Below, piece after piece: positions 9,388 to 19,325 of a stretch of DNA of 64,000 nucleotides (positions are counted from its first letter, which is position 1; every line of letters starts with the position of its first letter). Position numbers and translations under genes: made by a program. Where the stretch lies: positions 32,001-96,000 of the IMG/VR virus record IMGVR_UViG_2806310979_000001. The stretch is one strand, 5' to 3'. The stretch is from a virus. Taxonomy: Duplodnaviria; Caudoviricetes. The notes under the pieces were generated by a model. That model did no database searches, was not told the origin of the DNA, and worked only from the letters and a program-made list of their open reading frames with translations.

Positions 9388-10034
9388 TCCCTGATGTGAA
9401 ATTAAATGGAAAATCTGTTCGTGAGATGGGATGGATTCGGGAAAATATTGATTTTCCGACACCACAGTCCCAAACGAATACAATCGTTGTTCCGGGAAGA
9501 AATTCTCCAATCCGATATACAGAAGCGTTAGGAAGGGTATCGTATCAGCCACGGAGTTTTACCATTGTTTTGTCAATGCTAGGTACCAGAAAGCAATATG
9601 ATCAGAAGGTTTCCGAACTTGTGAATCAATATGCTGGAAAGCTGATTAAGGTAATCCGTTCTGAAGAAACCGATGTATATGCACTTGGGACTGTAGAGTT
9701 TGTCCCTGTATATGATCCGCTGCTTAGAAAAGGCACAATCACGTTGGAGTGTACGGATGGAGATTCCTATTTTTACCATGTGAAGGAAAGTGAAGCCGTG
9801 ATTTCTGGAAGTGGCACGGTTACACTTCAAAACGATTTTATGCCTGTGGTTCCGGTAGTGATCACCACAGGGGAGACCGCATTTTCTTGGAGAATAGGAG
9901 AAGATACCTATGAAAAATCCGTAAGTGCCGGAACATGGGAGTTCCCGGAAATGGAACTTGGAGCAGGGGAAAACCGCCTGAGTGTTAAGGGAGAGGGTGT
10001 CACAACATTCCGCTATCGGGAGGGGAGATTATGA
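9384..10034 (+). CDS. Distal tail protein (Dit)
   Basis: Follows TMP; IVVPGRN, L..GEN.L.V.G, FRYREGRL end. Confidence 0.8.
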   Translation: MIPDVKLNGKSVREMGWIRENIDFPTPQSQTNTIVVPGRNSPIRYTEALGRVSYQPRSFTIVLSMLGTRKQYDQKVSELVNQYAGKLIKVIRSEETDVYALGTVEFVPVYDPLLRKGTITLECTDGDSYFYHVKESEAVISGSGTVTLQNDFMPVVPVVITTGETAFSWRIGEDTYEKSVSAGTWEFPEMELGAGENRLSVKGEGVTTFRYREGRL

Positions 10035-11488
10035 AATTATTTCGTGTTTATGTGGATGGAAAGTTGTTCTACCATCCACATTTTTCTCGTCTTGCCATCA
10101 CTCAGGCACAGGTAAAAGAAGATGCAGAAAACATTGACAGTTTGATATTGTCTGCACCTTATAACCATCCGTATCTGAAGGATATGAAACCGATGTCTTC
10201 TGAAATCGTGTGTAAAAAAGGAGAGAATACTGTATTTGAAGGCAGGGCGTTGGATGATGGGATTGATTTTTATAATACTCATACATGGACTTGTGAATCA
10301 GCACTTGCATATCTGAAAGATTCCATGCAGCCGCCGTATTCATATAAAGGAAATTTAAAGGGGCTTTTGGAACTGTTTCTGACAGAGCATAACAAGCGGG
10401 TAGAAAAAAAGAAACAGTTTCATATAGGAAATGTGACTGTGAAGGATAACAATGATTATATTTCTTATAGCAGCTCTGAATATTCCGTAACATTGGACGC
10501 AATACAGGAGAAACTGATGAAAACGCATGGCGGTTGCTTACAGGTACGATATACACGAGAAGGGAAAATGTTGGATTATCTAGAAGATTTCACAGCCTTT
10601 TCTTTACAAAAAGTGGAGTATGGGAAAAATCTTTTGGATGTAAAAATTACTCAGGACCATACGGAGAGAATCACGGTTTTGATTCCACTTGGAGCAAAAA
10701 TTAAAGAAACTGATGAAGACGGGAATGAAGTGGAAACTGGAAAAAGAGTGACCATTACAGGCGTAAATGAAGGAGTAGAGTATGTTTATGATGAAAAAGC
10801 CTTAAAAGAGATAGGGTGGATTTGGACGGTAGAAGTTTGGGATGATGTAACCGAGCCGGGGAATCTTCTTAGAAAAGCGAAAAGCCGGGTGGCAGAATTG
10901 GCAAAAGGTATCACAAGTATGGAACTTTCCATTGTGGATGAATCGGATGCAGGTGTTGATATTATGGATATTCGTGCCAGACAATACGTGGACTGTTTGT
11001 CTCCGCCACATGGAATTGATGGAAGATATCTTTGCGTGAGTAAAACAAGGGATTATCTGAATCCATCAGGAAACACCATTACAATCGGTGCGTCCAGTAT
11101 AACGCTGACTTCCTTATCGGCGAAACAACATGGGAATCTGAATACATTGGAAAAAGATATCATGGATCAAGATTCCAAATTGGAAGATATGTCGGGGAAA
11201 GTAGAAGAAATACAATCTTCAAAGATGTATCGGACAGAACTATTGGTGGAGGGAGTAAATATTTTCAAAGACCGGGGGCAGAAAAGCACCATAAGGTGCC
11301 GGGTATATTCTTGGGATAAAGAGATAACGGATACATTGGATGCGTCTGCATTCTGTTGGCATCGTAACTCTGGAAATGAGGAAACAGATGCGGATTGGGA
11401 TCGGCTTCATGCAGGAAGGAAATCGATTGTAATCACGACAGAAGATGTGCAGGATAATGCATCCTTTTATTGTGAGATTAAGATTTAG
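10031..11488 (+). CDS. Tail-associated/baseplate hub protein (Tal, prophage endopeptidase tail family)
   Basis: VFEGR, CESALAYLKDS, VEYGKNLLD, TVLIPLG, SPPHGID; synteny. Confidence 0.8.
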   Translation: MKLFRVYVDGKLFYHPHFSRLAITQAQVKEDAENIDSLILSAPYNHPYLKDMKPMSSEIVCKKGENTVFEGRALDDGIDFYNTHTWTCESALAYLKDSMQPPYSYKGNLKGLLELFLTEHNKRVEKKKQFHIGNVTVKDNNDYISYSSSEYSVTLDAIQEKLMKTHGGCLQVRYTREGKMLDYLEDFTAFSLQKVEYGKNLLDVKITQDHTERITVLIPLGAKIKETDEDGNEVETGKRVTITGVNEGVEYVYDEKALKEIGWIWTVEVWDDVTEPGNLLRKAKSRVAELAKGITSMELSIVDESDAGVDIMDIRARQYVDCLSPPHGIDGRYLCVSKTRDYLNPSGNTITIGASSITLTSLSAKQHGNLNTLEKDIMDQDSKLEDMSGKVEEIQSSKMYRTELLVEGVNIFKDRGQKSTIRCRVYSWDKEITDTLDASAFCWHRNSGNEETDADWDRLHAGRKSIVITTEDVQDNASFYCEIKI

Positions 11489-11500
11489 GAGGAATTTTAT

Positions 11501-12568
11501 ATGGCTACAATTTTAACTTCCAGTCAACAGACATTTGTTGACATTACAGATCAAAGAAAACTATCAGCGTATATCACGTCCAATCTGCCGAAGACGCAGA
11601 GTGAAAATCCAAACGTGCTGCCACATACCTATGCTCCAAGCTGGGCGGTCACGAATCTGAAGTTAACTCCTGTTATTTTTCTGGATCAGACGAATCTTTC
11701 ATTAGGTGCGTCAGGATTATCCATCAATTGGAAACGAAAAGATGGAACAGGGGCGGAAAGCGCATTGATCGCAGGAGAGACCGTGGCGGGAGGAATCCTT
11801 ACCGTAAATAAGGATAATCTTGCTACGTCATCTTCGGGGATGATCACTTACATTTGTTATATCAGTTACTACGATTCAGAAACAAAAAACACCGTTAACA
11901 TTTCTTCAGATATTACCTATACGCTGGTTAAGAATGCACAAAATGCTAAGTTGGTATCCGTGACGGCAGATACCCATGTATTTAAATACGATGCGGGTTC
12001 TTCTTTGGTAGGGGCGGCACAGGCTACACTTACCGCACAGGTACAGGGAGTGTCTATCAGCAAATGGCAGCATAAAAATAGTTCTGGAAACTGGGTGGAT
12101 TATCCAACTACTTCTGATAATGGTAGCATTACTGGTGGAACGTTGGTGGTTAAACCGACACATTCCGTTTTCTTTAATAATGTAGCTCAGATTAAATTAT
12201 TGACAGATGATGTGGATGTTTATGATACGGTAACCATTACGAAAATTTATGATGGAGAAAAAGGTGATCCGGGTGCTGCTGGTGGTGATGGAAAAGGTGG
12301 TCTTTCGGTTATTTTAGGAAATGAAACACAGTCCATTGCTTGTACAGCAAATGGAGCTGTAGCGGCGGAAGTTCTTGTAAACATTCCTTTTACCGGGTAT
12401 GTCGGAATTGAACAGACTCCCTGTACATGTACGGTAGGAACATTGCCGGATGGAAGTCATACGCATTCCCTGACACCAAAGGGGACAATCGCAAAAGCGG
12501 GTGGTGGAGCTTCCCATTCGAATTTACAGCCATATATTGTCTGCTATATGTGGAAACGTACAGCATAA
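11501..12568 (+). CDS. Tail fibre/baseplate protein, probably a deletion-fused chimera
   Basis: Ig-like tail protein N-terminus, short collagen-like stretch GEKGDPGAAGGDGKG, abrupt switch to SHTH...HSNLQPYIVCYMWKRTA baseplate-type C-terminus. Confidence 0.7.
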   Translation: MATILTSSQQTFVDITDQRKLSAYITSNLPKTQSENPNVLPHTYAPSWAVTNLKLTPVIFLDQTNLSLGASGLSINWKRKDGTGAESALIAGETVAGGILTVNKDNLATSSSGMITYICYISYYDSETKNTVNISSDITYTLVKNAQNAKLVSVTADTHVFKYDAGSSLVGAAQATLTAQVQGVSISKWQHKNSSGNWVDYPTTSDNGSITGGTLVVKPTHSVFFNNVAQIKLLTDDVDVYDTVTITKIYDGEKGDPGAAGGDGKGGLSVILGNETQSIACTANGAVAAEVLVNIPFTGYVGIEQTPCTCTVGTLPDGSHTHSLTPKGTIAKAGGGASHSNLQPYIVCYMWKRTA

Positions 12569-12575
12569 GGAAAGG

Positions 12576-12597
12576 ACAGCCAATCGGCTGTTTTTTT
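12576..12597 (+). terminator. Intrinsic terminator
   Basis: ACAGCC-AATC-GGCTGT followed by T-run. Confidence 0.7.
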
Positions 12598-12630
12598 AAT
12601 ACCCGAAAGGGAGAAAGAGAGGAAAAGACT

Positions 12631-13044
12631 ATGAAGCAATTTGTAACAACCATGCAATATGTTTTTGCAGCAATGGGAGGAGCAATCGGAGCAGTTCTTG
12701 GAGGCTTTGATGGATTTTTGTATGCCCTGATCGTCTTTGTGGTGGTGGATTATATCACGGGACTTATGGCAGCAGTCATCAATAAAGAAGTTTCCAGTGA
12801 GGTTGGTTTTCACGGAATCGTGAAAAAAGTCGTGATTTTTTGTCTGGTAGCAGTCGGGCATATCGTGGACACACAGATTATTTGTGATGGAAGCGTTGTC
12901 CGTACAGCGGTAATTTTCTTCTATTTATCTAATGAAGGAATTTCCATTTTGGAAAATGTGACAAGAATCGGTCTTCCGGTACCACAGAAGCTGAAGAATG
13001 TGTTGGAACAGTTAAAAGAGGATGACGAAGAGCACCGTGATTAA
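12631..13044 (+). CDS. Holin (Phage_holin_4_1/TcdE-like)
   Basis: LGGFDG, VDYITG, SSEVGFHGIVKK, SNEGISILEN, GLPVP. Confidence 0.92.
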   Translation: MKQFVTTMQYVFAAMGGAIGAVLGGFDGFLYALIVFVVVDYITGLMAAVINKEVSSEVGFHGIVKKVVIFCLVAVGHIVDTQIICDGSVVRTAVIFFYLSNEGISILENVTRIGLPVPQKLKNVLEQLKEDDEEHRD

Positions 13045-13075
13045 ACGGTGCTTTTTTCGGGAAATGGAGGAATCT

Positions 13076-14038
13076 ATGAAGTTAGTACAGAGTATCATGA
13101 CTAAAAATCCATGCTATACAGCAGGAAGAAAGATTACGGTAAAAGGATTAATGCTGCATTCCGTGGGATGTCCGCAGCCAAATGCATCGGTGTTTATTAA
13201 AAATTGGAATACGCCATCTTATGGAACAGCCTGCGTACACGGCTTTATTGACGGAAATGATGGTACGGTATATCAGACGCTTCCGTGGAATCATAGGGGG
13301 TGGCATTGCGCATCAGGTCCAAAAGGAAGTGGAAATAATACCCATATCGGTGTAGAGATGTGTGAGCCTGCCAGCATCCGTTACACAGGAGGTTCTAGCT
13401 TTACCTGTTCGAATCTGTCGGCGGCAAGGACTTCTGTGAAGAAAACGTATGTAGCGGCGGTGGAGCTGTTTGCATATCTTTGTAAACTCTACGGTCTCAA
13501 TCCAACTGCCGATGGCGTGATTATCAGCCACAGGGAGGGGCATGCCAGAGGTATTGCGTCAAATCATGGAGACCCAGAACACTTATGGAACGGTCTTGGA
13601 ATGGGATATACCATGAATACTTTTCGTAAAGATGTAAAGGAAAAAATGCAGGGAGGGACTGTAAAGCCAGATGAAACAAAGGAAATGTATCGTGTCCGCA
13701 AATCTTGGGGAGATGCCGTTTCACAAAAAGGAGCATTTCATGAACTGGAAAATGCGAAGAAGTGTGCAGATGCGAACAAAGGATATGCCGTGTTTAATAC
13801 ATCTGGAAAACAGGTTTATCCAAAAACTGATTTTTCGCCATATTTAGTGGAAGTCACCGCGACGGATTTAAATATCCGTAAAGGTCCGGGGACAAATTAT
13901 GGAAAAACTGGGAAATTTACGGGAAAAGGAGTTTTTACTATTACTGAAGAACGAGCTGGTACAGGCTCCAATAAAGGATGGGGAAAACTGAAATCCGGTG
14001 CAGGCTGGATTTCACTTGATTATGTAAAGAGATTATAA
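13076..14038 (+). CDS. Endolysin: N-acetylmuramoyl-L-alanine amidase (Amidase_2) with C-terminal SH3b
   Basis: LMLHSVG, GWHC, IGVEMCE, ISHREG, NHGDP; LNIRKGPGTNY, WGKLKSGAGWISL. Confidence 0.92.
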   Translation: MKLVQSIMTKNPCYTAGRKITVKGLMLHSVGCPQPNASVFIKNWNTPSYGTACVHGFIDGNDGTVYQTLPWNHRGWHCASGPKGSGNNTHIGVEMCEPASIRYTGGSSFTCSNLSAARTSVKKTYVAAVELFAYLCKLYGLNPTADGVIISHREGHARGIASNHGDPEHLWNGLGMGYTMNTFRKDVKEKMQGGTVKPDETKEMYRVRKSWGDAVSQKGAFHELENAKKCADANKGYAVFNTSGKQVYPKTDFSPYLVEVTATDLNIRKGPGTNYGKTGKFTGKGVFTITEERAGTGSNKGWGKLKSGAGWISLDYVKRL

Positions 14039-14080
14039 AATTCTGCCGGGCGGTAAAATGCTGTCCGGCAGAATTTTTTT
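14038..14080 (+). terminator. Intrinsic terminator after lysis cassette
   Basis: AAATTCTGCCGGGCGG...CTGTCCGGCAGAATTTTTTT. Confidence 0.85.
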
Positions 14081-14125
14081 ACGTTATTTCCCATCATAGA
14101 AAACAAACGGTATCGGAAAAAAGAC

Positions 14126-14162
14126 TTGCTATTCTTGGGGGTTAGAGTGATATATAGACTAC
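14126..14162 (+). promoter_or_regulatory. Putative promoter, recurring AGAGTGATATAT motif (copy 1)
   Basis: TTGCTA-N12-AGAGTGA-TATATAGACTAC; same geometry at 50636 and 52510. Confidence 0.6.
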
Positions 14163-14187
14163 AAAAAAAAGAAGGGAGGAGACCAGT

Positions 14188-15684
14188 ATGCAAATTGAAG
14201 TCAGAAAAGCTGATATGGGAAAAGAGAAAAAACGTTTAAAAGTCTGTGCATATGCGAGAGTATCCACGGAAGCATCTGAGCAAGAAAATTCATTGGAAAA
14301 TCAAGTGTCTCATTATACAGAGATGATTCAGTCCAATCCAGCTTATGAGTTCGCAGGTGTTTATGCAGATTTTGGAATTTCCGGTTTTAAGGAAAGCCGC
14401 CCTCAGTTTCAGAAAATGATGCAGGATGCGAAAAATGGAAAGATTGATTTGATTATTACAAAATCTGTATCACGGTTTGCCAGAAATACCGCAATCGTTC
14501 TGAAGGCTTCCAGAGAGCTGAAGGAACGAAATGTCGGTATTTTTTTTGAACTACAAAACATCAATACGCTTACGGAAGCGGGGGAATTGCTGCTTACCAT
14601 ATTGGCAGCATTTGCACAAGCAGAAAGTGAATCTGCAAGTGAGAGTTCCAAGATGGCTTATTTACACCGCATTGAGAACGGAGAAGTCGTAGCCTATTTG
14701 GAAAGATCTTATGGATATGAAAAAGATGAAAATGGAGAATATAGGGCAAAAGAACCAGAAGCGTCCGTTATCAGGGAAATTTATGATTTGGTAATTCAGG
14801 GCGTGAACTGCACGAACATTGCAAGAGTATTGAATGCAAGAAATATTCAGACCGTTCAGGGGGCAGAATGGACAGCGAGTACCGTTTTCCGCATTGTGGA
14901 AAATGAAATTTACAAAGGTGATGTTCTTATGCAGAAAACTTTTATAGATGGGAAAAGACACCAAGTGCAGAATCGCGGCGAAAAAGCCATGTACTATGCA
15001 AAAGACAATCATCCGCCGATTGTATCGGAAAAAATATGGGAAAAAGCACAGCGGAAGCTGGAAGACATGAGGGCAGAAAGAGCCGAACACTCTGTGATTC
15101 AGGAATTCACGGAAGAAAATTATCCTTACATGAATCATATTTTTTGTGCAAAATGCGGATGGCCTTTGAAGCCACGGGTGTACAGTCATAGGCATCGGCT
15201 TTCTTGGGATTGCTCCGGACAGAAGAGAGGGACAAAAAAATTCTGTACAGGCATTCACGTTTTGGATAATGATTTACGGAAAATGAAGATTGAAGGAAAC
15301 AGATATTTTTCAGAAACCGTAGATAAGTATGGAGAGGTACATTTAAAGCATGTAGGTGAGAGGACATGGAAGAATAAGCATAAAAAGAAAAAATTCAATC
15401 ACAAAGATTTATATCCAGAATTAAATGAGGAAAATTATCCGTACTATAGACGATTGTATTGTGCAAGATGCGGAAGCAGGCTTGGACGGTATATTTCACA
15501 TGGAACAGTAAGATGGATATGTTCGAGCTATAAAAGAAAGGGGCAGACAAAATGTCCGGGAGTCCGTATTCCAGATGAAATTATAAAGGGATGGAATCTG
15601 CCTGATGGCAAAATATATATTATGGGAAAGGAAGATAAAAATGGCGAGAAGCATTACAGTTATACCAGCGAGTCAGCCTTATAG
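14188..15684 (+). CDS. Large serine recombinase 1 with duplicated Zn-ribbon
   Basis: AYARVST, TKSVSRFARN, YGY, NEIYKG; EENYPY..IFCAKCG and EENYPY..LYCARCG. Confidence 0.93.
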   Translation: MQIEVRKADMGKEKKRLKVCAYARVSTEASEQENSLENQVSHYTEMIQSNPAYEFAGVYADFGISGFKESRPQFQKMMQDAKNGKIDLIITKSVSRFARNTAIVLKASRELKERNVGIFFELQNINTLTEAGELLLTILAAFAQAESESASESSKMAYLHRIENGEVVAYLERSYGYEKDENGEYRAKEPEASVIREIYDLVIQGVNCTNIARVLNARNIQTVQGAEWTASTVFRIVENEIYKGDVLMQKTFIDGKRHQVQNRGEKAMYYAKDNHPPIVSEKIWEKAQRKLEDMRAERAEHSVIQEFTEENYPYMNHIFCAKCGWPLKPRVYSHRHRLSWDCSGQKRGTKKFCTGIHVLDNDLRKMKIEGNRYFSETVDKYGEVHLKHVGERTWKNKHKKKKFNHKDLYPELNEENYPYYRRLYCARCGSRLGRYISHGTVRWICSSYKRKGQTKCPGVRIPDEIIKGWNLPDGKIYIMGKEDKNGEKHYSYTSESAL

Positions 15685-17038
15685 AGTGGGTGGCAGGAGT
15701 CAGCAGAAAACGAGAAACCTTCAGGTAGCGGCATATTGCAGGGTTTCTACAGATCAGGAAGAACAGTTGAACAGTTTTGAAAATCAAGTCGAGTATTACA
15801 CAAAATATATTCAGGAAAATCCATTATATCAGATGGCAGGCATTTATGCAGATGAGGGAATTTCAGGCACAAATACCAAAAAGCGTGAGGAATTTAAACG
15901 TATGATTCGTGACTGTGAAGAAGGGAAGATTGACTTAGTCATTACAAAGTCCATATCAAGATTTGCCCGTAACACGCAGGATTGTTTGGAATATAGCAGA
16001 AGGTTAAAAAATCTTGGAATCGGAATATTTTTTGAAAAAGAGCATATCAACACTTTAGATGCATCAGGAGAATTATTGTTTACTATATTGTCTTCGCTGG
16101 CTCAGGACGAATCAAGAAATATTTCGGAGAACTGCAAATGGGGCATACGAAGTAAGTTTAAAAAGGGAATTCCGCAGGTGGACTGTACGAAATTTCTCGG
16201 ATATGATAAAGGTGAGGATGGGAAGCTGATTGTAAATCAGGAACAGGCAAAAATAGTGAAGCGAATTTATCGGGAGTTTTTGGATGGCTATAATCCGGCT
16301 GCTATTGCGAAAATGCTTATGGAGGATCATATCAAGACTGGTACAGGCAGGGAAGAATGGAGAAGTGCATCTGTAAAGGCTATTTTAAAAAATGAAAAAT
16401 ATATGGGTGATGCCCTTTTGCAAAAAACTTATACAGCAGATTTCCTTACCAAGAAAGTAAAAAAGAATCATGGGGAAGTGGAGCAGTTTTATGTAAAAGA
16501 GAGCCACGAAGCAATCATTCCAAAAGAACAATGGGAAGCGGTACAACTTGAATTGGAAAGAAGGGATTCCTACATGCAGGAATTGGGATTGACTTTCTAT
16601 GGATATGGCTCGGAGGTCAACCCATTTTCTTGCAGGGTAGTCTGTGGAAAGTGTGGTGCAGTTTGTGGGAAGAAAAGTTGGAAAAGCAGGGGAGTAGAGT
16701 TTTGGCAATGTAATAACAGAAGTAAAAATCATGGAGTGAAAGGATGTGCCAGTGAGAATCTCCCGCATGAAAACCTGCTTAAGGGGTTTATCACGGCGTG
16801 GAACCAGATTGTTGCGGAAAGAGAACAATATCTTCCAAAATGGGAGAAAAAGAAGAAGGAAGGAAATCCGTTAGAAAAACTTCGTGCAGAACAAATGATA
16901 GAATTGACGTTGCAACCGCCTCTTACAAAGATGTTACCAGAACTTGGACAGATGGTTTTGGAAAGGGTAATTGTACAGGGGAAAGAAATAATGGTGATTC
17001 GCTTTTTGGATGGTACGGAGATTAAGGTAAGGATATAG
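15641..17038 (+). CDS. Large serine recombinase 2
   Basis: AAYCRVST, YADEGISGT, TKSISRFARN, NEKYMGD, HEAII, CGKCG Zn ribbon. Confidence 0.95.
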   Translation: MARSITVIPASQPYRVGGRSQQKTRNLQVAAYCRVSTDQEEQLNSFENQVEYYTKYIQENPLYQMAGIYADEGISGTNTKKREEFKRMIRDCEEGKIDLVITKSISRFARNTQDCLEYSRRLKNLGIGIFFEKEHINTLDASGELLFTILSSLAQDESRNISENCKWGIRSKFKKGIPQVDCTKFLGYDKGEDGKLIVNQEQAKIVKRIYREFLDGYNPAAIAKMLMEDHIKTGTGREEWRSASVKAILKNEKYMGDALLQKTYTADFLTKKVKKNHGEVEQFYVKESHEAIIPKEQWEAVQLELERRDSYMQELGLTFYGYGSEVNPFSCRVVCGKCGAVCGKKSWKSRGVEFWQCNNRSKNHGVKGCASENLPHENLLKGFITAWNQIVAEREQYLPKWEKKKKEGNPLEKLRAEQMIELTLQPPLTKMLPELGQMVLERVIVQGKEIMVIRFLDGTEIKVRI

Positions 17039-17047
17039 GCTCTGAGG

Positions 17048-17977
17048 TTATTCCAACAGAGCCATATTTTCTTCGGTTTCTTCCGTAAAAATAGCGAGCT
17101 GTCCATCAACCATATCATCTTCGAATACATCGGTATTTTCTGATGTTTCAATATCCGCCTTTTTTCCTCGTGGAGTTTTATGAGCGTAGAGGGTATCCAT
17201 GCGGAGAGGGTGTTTGGATTTTTTGTTATAGGCAATCAGAATCGCTTCTGCAAATCCAAGAGATCCTCCGCGGCGTTCTCTTGCCTGACGTCCAATTTCA
17301 CGGACAGAAACACGGCCAACCCTTTCTTTGAAAGTGGTATCACTCATTTTATCTCCGAAAGCATTATCTAACCTTGCGACTGCGTTCAGCATATTGGAAC
17401 TGAAGGACATAGGTGCGCCTTCCCAAGTGGCCACGCATAAGCGGAGTACACGGTCAAGAGTATGGAAACCATATTTGTCATATATGTTTACCAATGTTGA
17501 TACCGCACAGATTCCGCCGGGGTGAGAAGAGGATGTGATAGATAAATCATAGGATTCCACTAAATCTTTGATAATCAATTCTTTTTCGCTTCCAGCCTCA
17601 ATGTTAGCCATGAAGATTTCATAAGGCAGCAGGGGCTTTACATATTTCATTTGGTTAGCAAAGATATCTGCTTCCTGAGTATAATTTAAATCATCATAGA
17701 TCATACACCAGACAGGAGTTTCACGGGAACCGGATACCAATGCCACGATTTCAATAGTATGCTGTCCATTAAACACATAATTAATGCCATTCCTACGGCT
17801 TACCTTTACAGGATTGATTTGATACAAATCGAAGTTTGCAGCCGCTTTTTCAACATGGCGCAAAGATAGGTTCCTTTGATAATTTTGGTCTGAAACAAGG
17901 TTTTTAATAGGTATCTGTTCAAAATGAACGTTTGGGACATATCTTTGTAATTCTTCAATATTTTCTTCCATAATCAT
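17048..17977 (-). CDS. ParB/DGQHR-fold protein (DUF6551-like)
   Basis: L.SDQNYQR, PVKVSRR, YVFNGQHT, EADIF. Confidence 0.7.
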   Translation of the reverse strand: MIMEENIEELQRYVPNVHFEQIPIKNLVSDQNYQRNLSLRHVEKAAANFDLYQINPVKVSRRNGINYVFNGQHTIEIVALVSGSRETPVWCMIYDDLNYTQEADIFANQMKYVKPLLPYEIFMANIEAGSEKELIIKDLVESYDLSITSSSHPGGICAVSTLVNIYDKYGFHTLDRVLRLCVATWEGAPMSFSSNMLNAVARLDNAFGDKMSDTTFKERVGRVSVREIGRQARERRGGSLGFAEAILIAYNKKSKHPLRMDTLYAHKTPRGKKADIETSENTDVFEDDMVDGQLAIFTEETEENMALLE

Positions 17978-18927
17978 GCTTCCTCCAAAATCTTTGTAAT
18001 TTTATCAATTACAGTCATTAGATTACTCAGTTGTATTTTTAAACGCTTTTTTCCTTCTTTAGAAGAACGTTGGAAATCAGTCACATTCATTACCCGTTCG
18101 ATGGAGCTGCACCAAGAAGGAATTGTGAGAGAAAGACTGGAAAGCTCGGCATCGGGATCAAATTTTGGCATTTGCTTGATGACGGGTTTCGGCTCTGCGA
18201 TTTTTTCCTTTTGGGTTGGAGCAACAACTTTTCTCCATTGAAGTTCACGCTTCATATCAGGATAGCTCAGATGTTCAATGCCTTTTTCAATCATGTAATC
18301 ATATAATTTTTTGAGTTCATAATGAGGCAGTCGGGAAAGCTCAATAATATTGGCGTGAGAAATGCGAAGTTTACCGGAACGGATTCGTTCTACCATTTGG
18401 GGAGTTTTCTCGCAAATATTATCCAATGCGCGACTATATTCATTGTATTTGTACACGGAAGCAGGAGATGTGTTGCATTCAGATGCTATCTGTGTTGCGG
18501 AAATGTGTCTGCAAGGAATTTTCTTTTCTATACGATATGTATGACCGCCTTTTCCGGTGGTGGAATTTTCAGATGAAATACGGGCAGTAATCGCTTTTAC
18601 GGCATCATATTTCTTTCCAATCACATATTTACGGTTGGCTTCTGTAAGGTCTTCACGTTTAAGTTGCTGTGTGCAGATCCATGAGATTGCATCCTCCCGG
18701 CTTAAAAAGTACATGCGTTTGATACGAAATTTGACTCCTCGTTTATGACAGATTTGATATGCTTCAACTCCATCCACAATCAATCCATTCCAAGTGTAAA
18801 TTGGATCACTGTATGCGTGGGAGCTTATTTTGCGTTCCAGTGATTTATGTTCGCGATCTTCTAAAGGCTGAATGAGATTTGTAAATTCCAGATCAAGTTT
18901 AAGGGTATAGTTGTTATAGTTACTCAT
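17974..18927 (-). CDS. ParB-like protein with HTH and degenerate GxxR motif
   Basis: EFTNLIQPL, DPIYTWNGLIVDGVEAY (canonical DGHNR), QLKREDLT, ATQIASECNTSPASV HTH. Confidence 0.7.
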   Translation of the reverse strand: MSNYNNYTLKLDLEFTNLIQPLEDREHKSLERKISSHAYSDPIYTWNGLIVDGVEAYQICHKRGVKFRIKRMYFLSREDAISWICTQQLKREDLTEANRKYVIGKKYDAVKAITARISSENSTTGKGGHTYRIEKKIPCRHISATQIASECNTSPASVYKYNEYSRALDNICEKTPQMVERIRSGKLRISHANIIELSRLPHYELKKLYDYMIEKGIEHLSYPDMKRELQWRKVVAPTQKEKIAEPKPVIKQMPKFDPDAELSSLSLTIPSWCSSIERVMNVTDFQRSSKEGKKRLKIQLSNLMTVIDKITKILEEA

Positions 18928-19325
18928 AATGTTTGTTCACTCCATTCAGTATTCTGTTGCATAGAAGGGGACGTTTCCAACATGGAAAACTGTATAACTC
19001 CTGCTTTGGAATTAAATTGCCCATATAAGCGGAAAATATTTCCATATTCCCAACCGCAGTCTACAGTCATCATGGTTTGTAATAAATCTTTACAGTATAA
19101 TTCATAACTGTATCCTGTTTCAAAACGATATTTTCTAACTTTATGTGCGAGATAATCCCGTTTATCGCCAGCCTTTATTGCTATCATTTTGGCATTGGGA
19201 TTAATCAGTAGCTGAATATAATCAGGATCACCGAGAAGCCGTAGTGTATTACGATGAACACGAATAAGGCTCTTTTTTAAATCAATACTCAGGATGGGTT
19301 GATATAGATTTTCTCGACTCATCAT
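18924..19325 (-). CDS. Hypothetical protein, paralogue of LSR3 C-terminal domain
   Basis: LRLLGDPDYIQLLINPNAKMIAIK and W...FRLYG match the two upstream proteins. Confidence 0.75.
   Translation of the reverse strand: MMSRENLYQPILSIDLKKSLIRVHRNTLRLLGDPDYIQLLINPNAKMIAIKAGDKRDYLAHKVRKYRFETGYSYELYCKDLLQTMMTVDCGWEYGNIFRLYGQFNSKAGVIQFSMLETSPSMQQNTEWSEQTL

Larger units (their letters stand above)
1..17038 (+). mobile_element. Prophage/prophage remnant 1 (head-tail-lysis-integration modules; left end outside window, boundaries not defined)
   Basis: Contiguous siphovirus gene order: protease, capsid, connector, tail, TMP, Dit, Tal, holin, amidase, two LSRs. Confidence 0.9.

Noticed and set aside
11501-12568. 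Diversity-generating retroelement or shufflon acting on the tail fibre
   Set aside because: No reverse transcriptase, template repeat or inverted alternative C-termini found in the window
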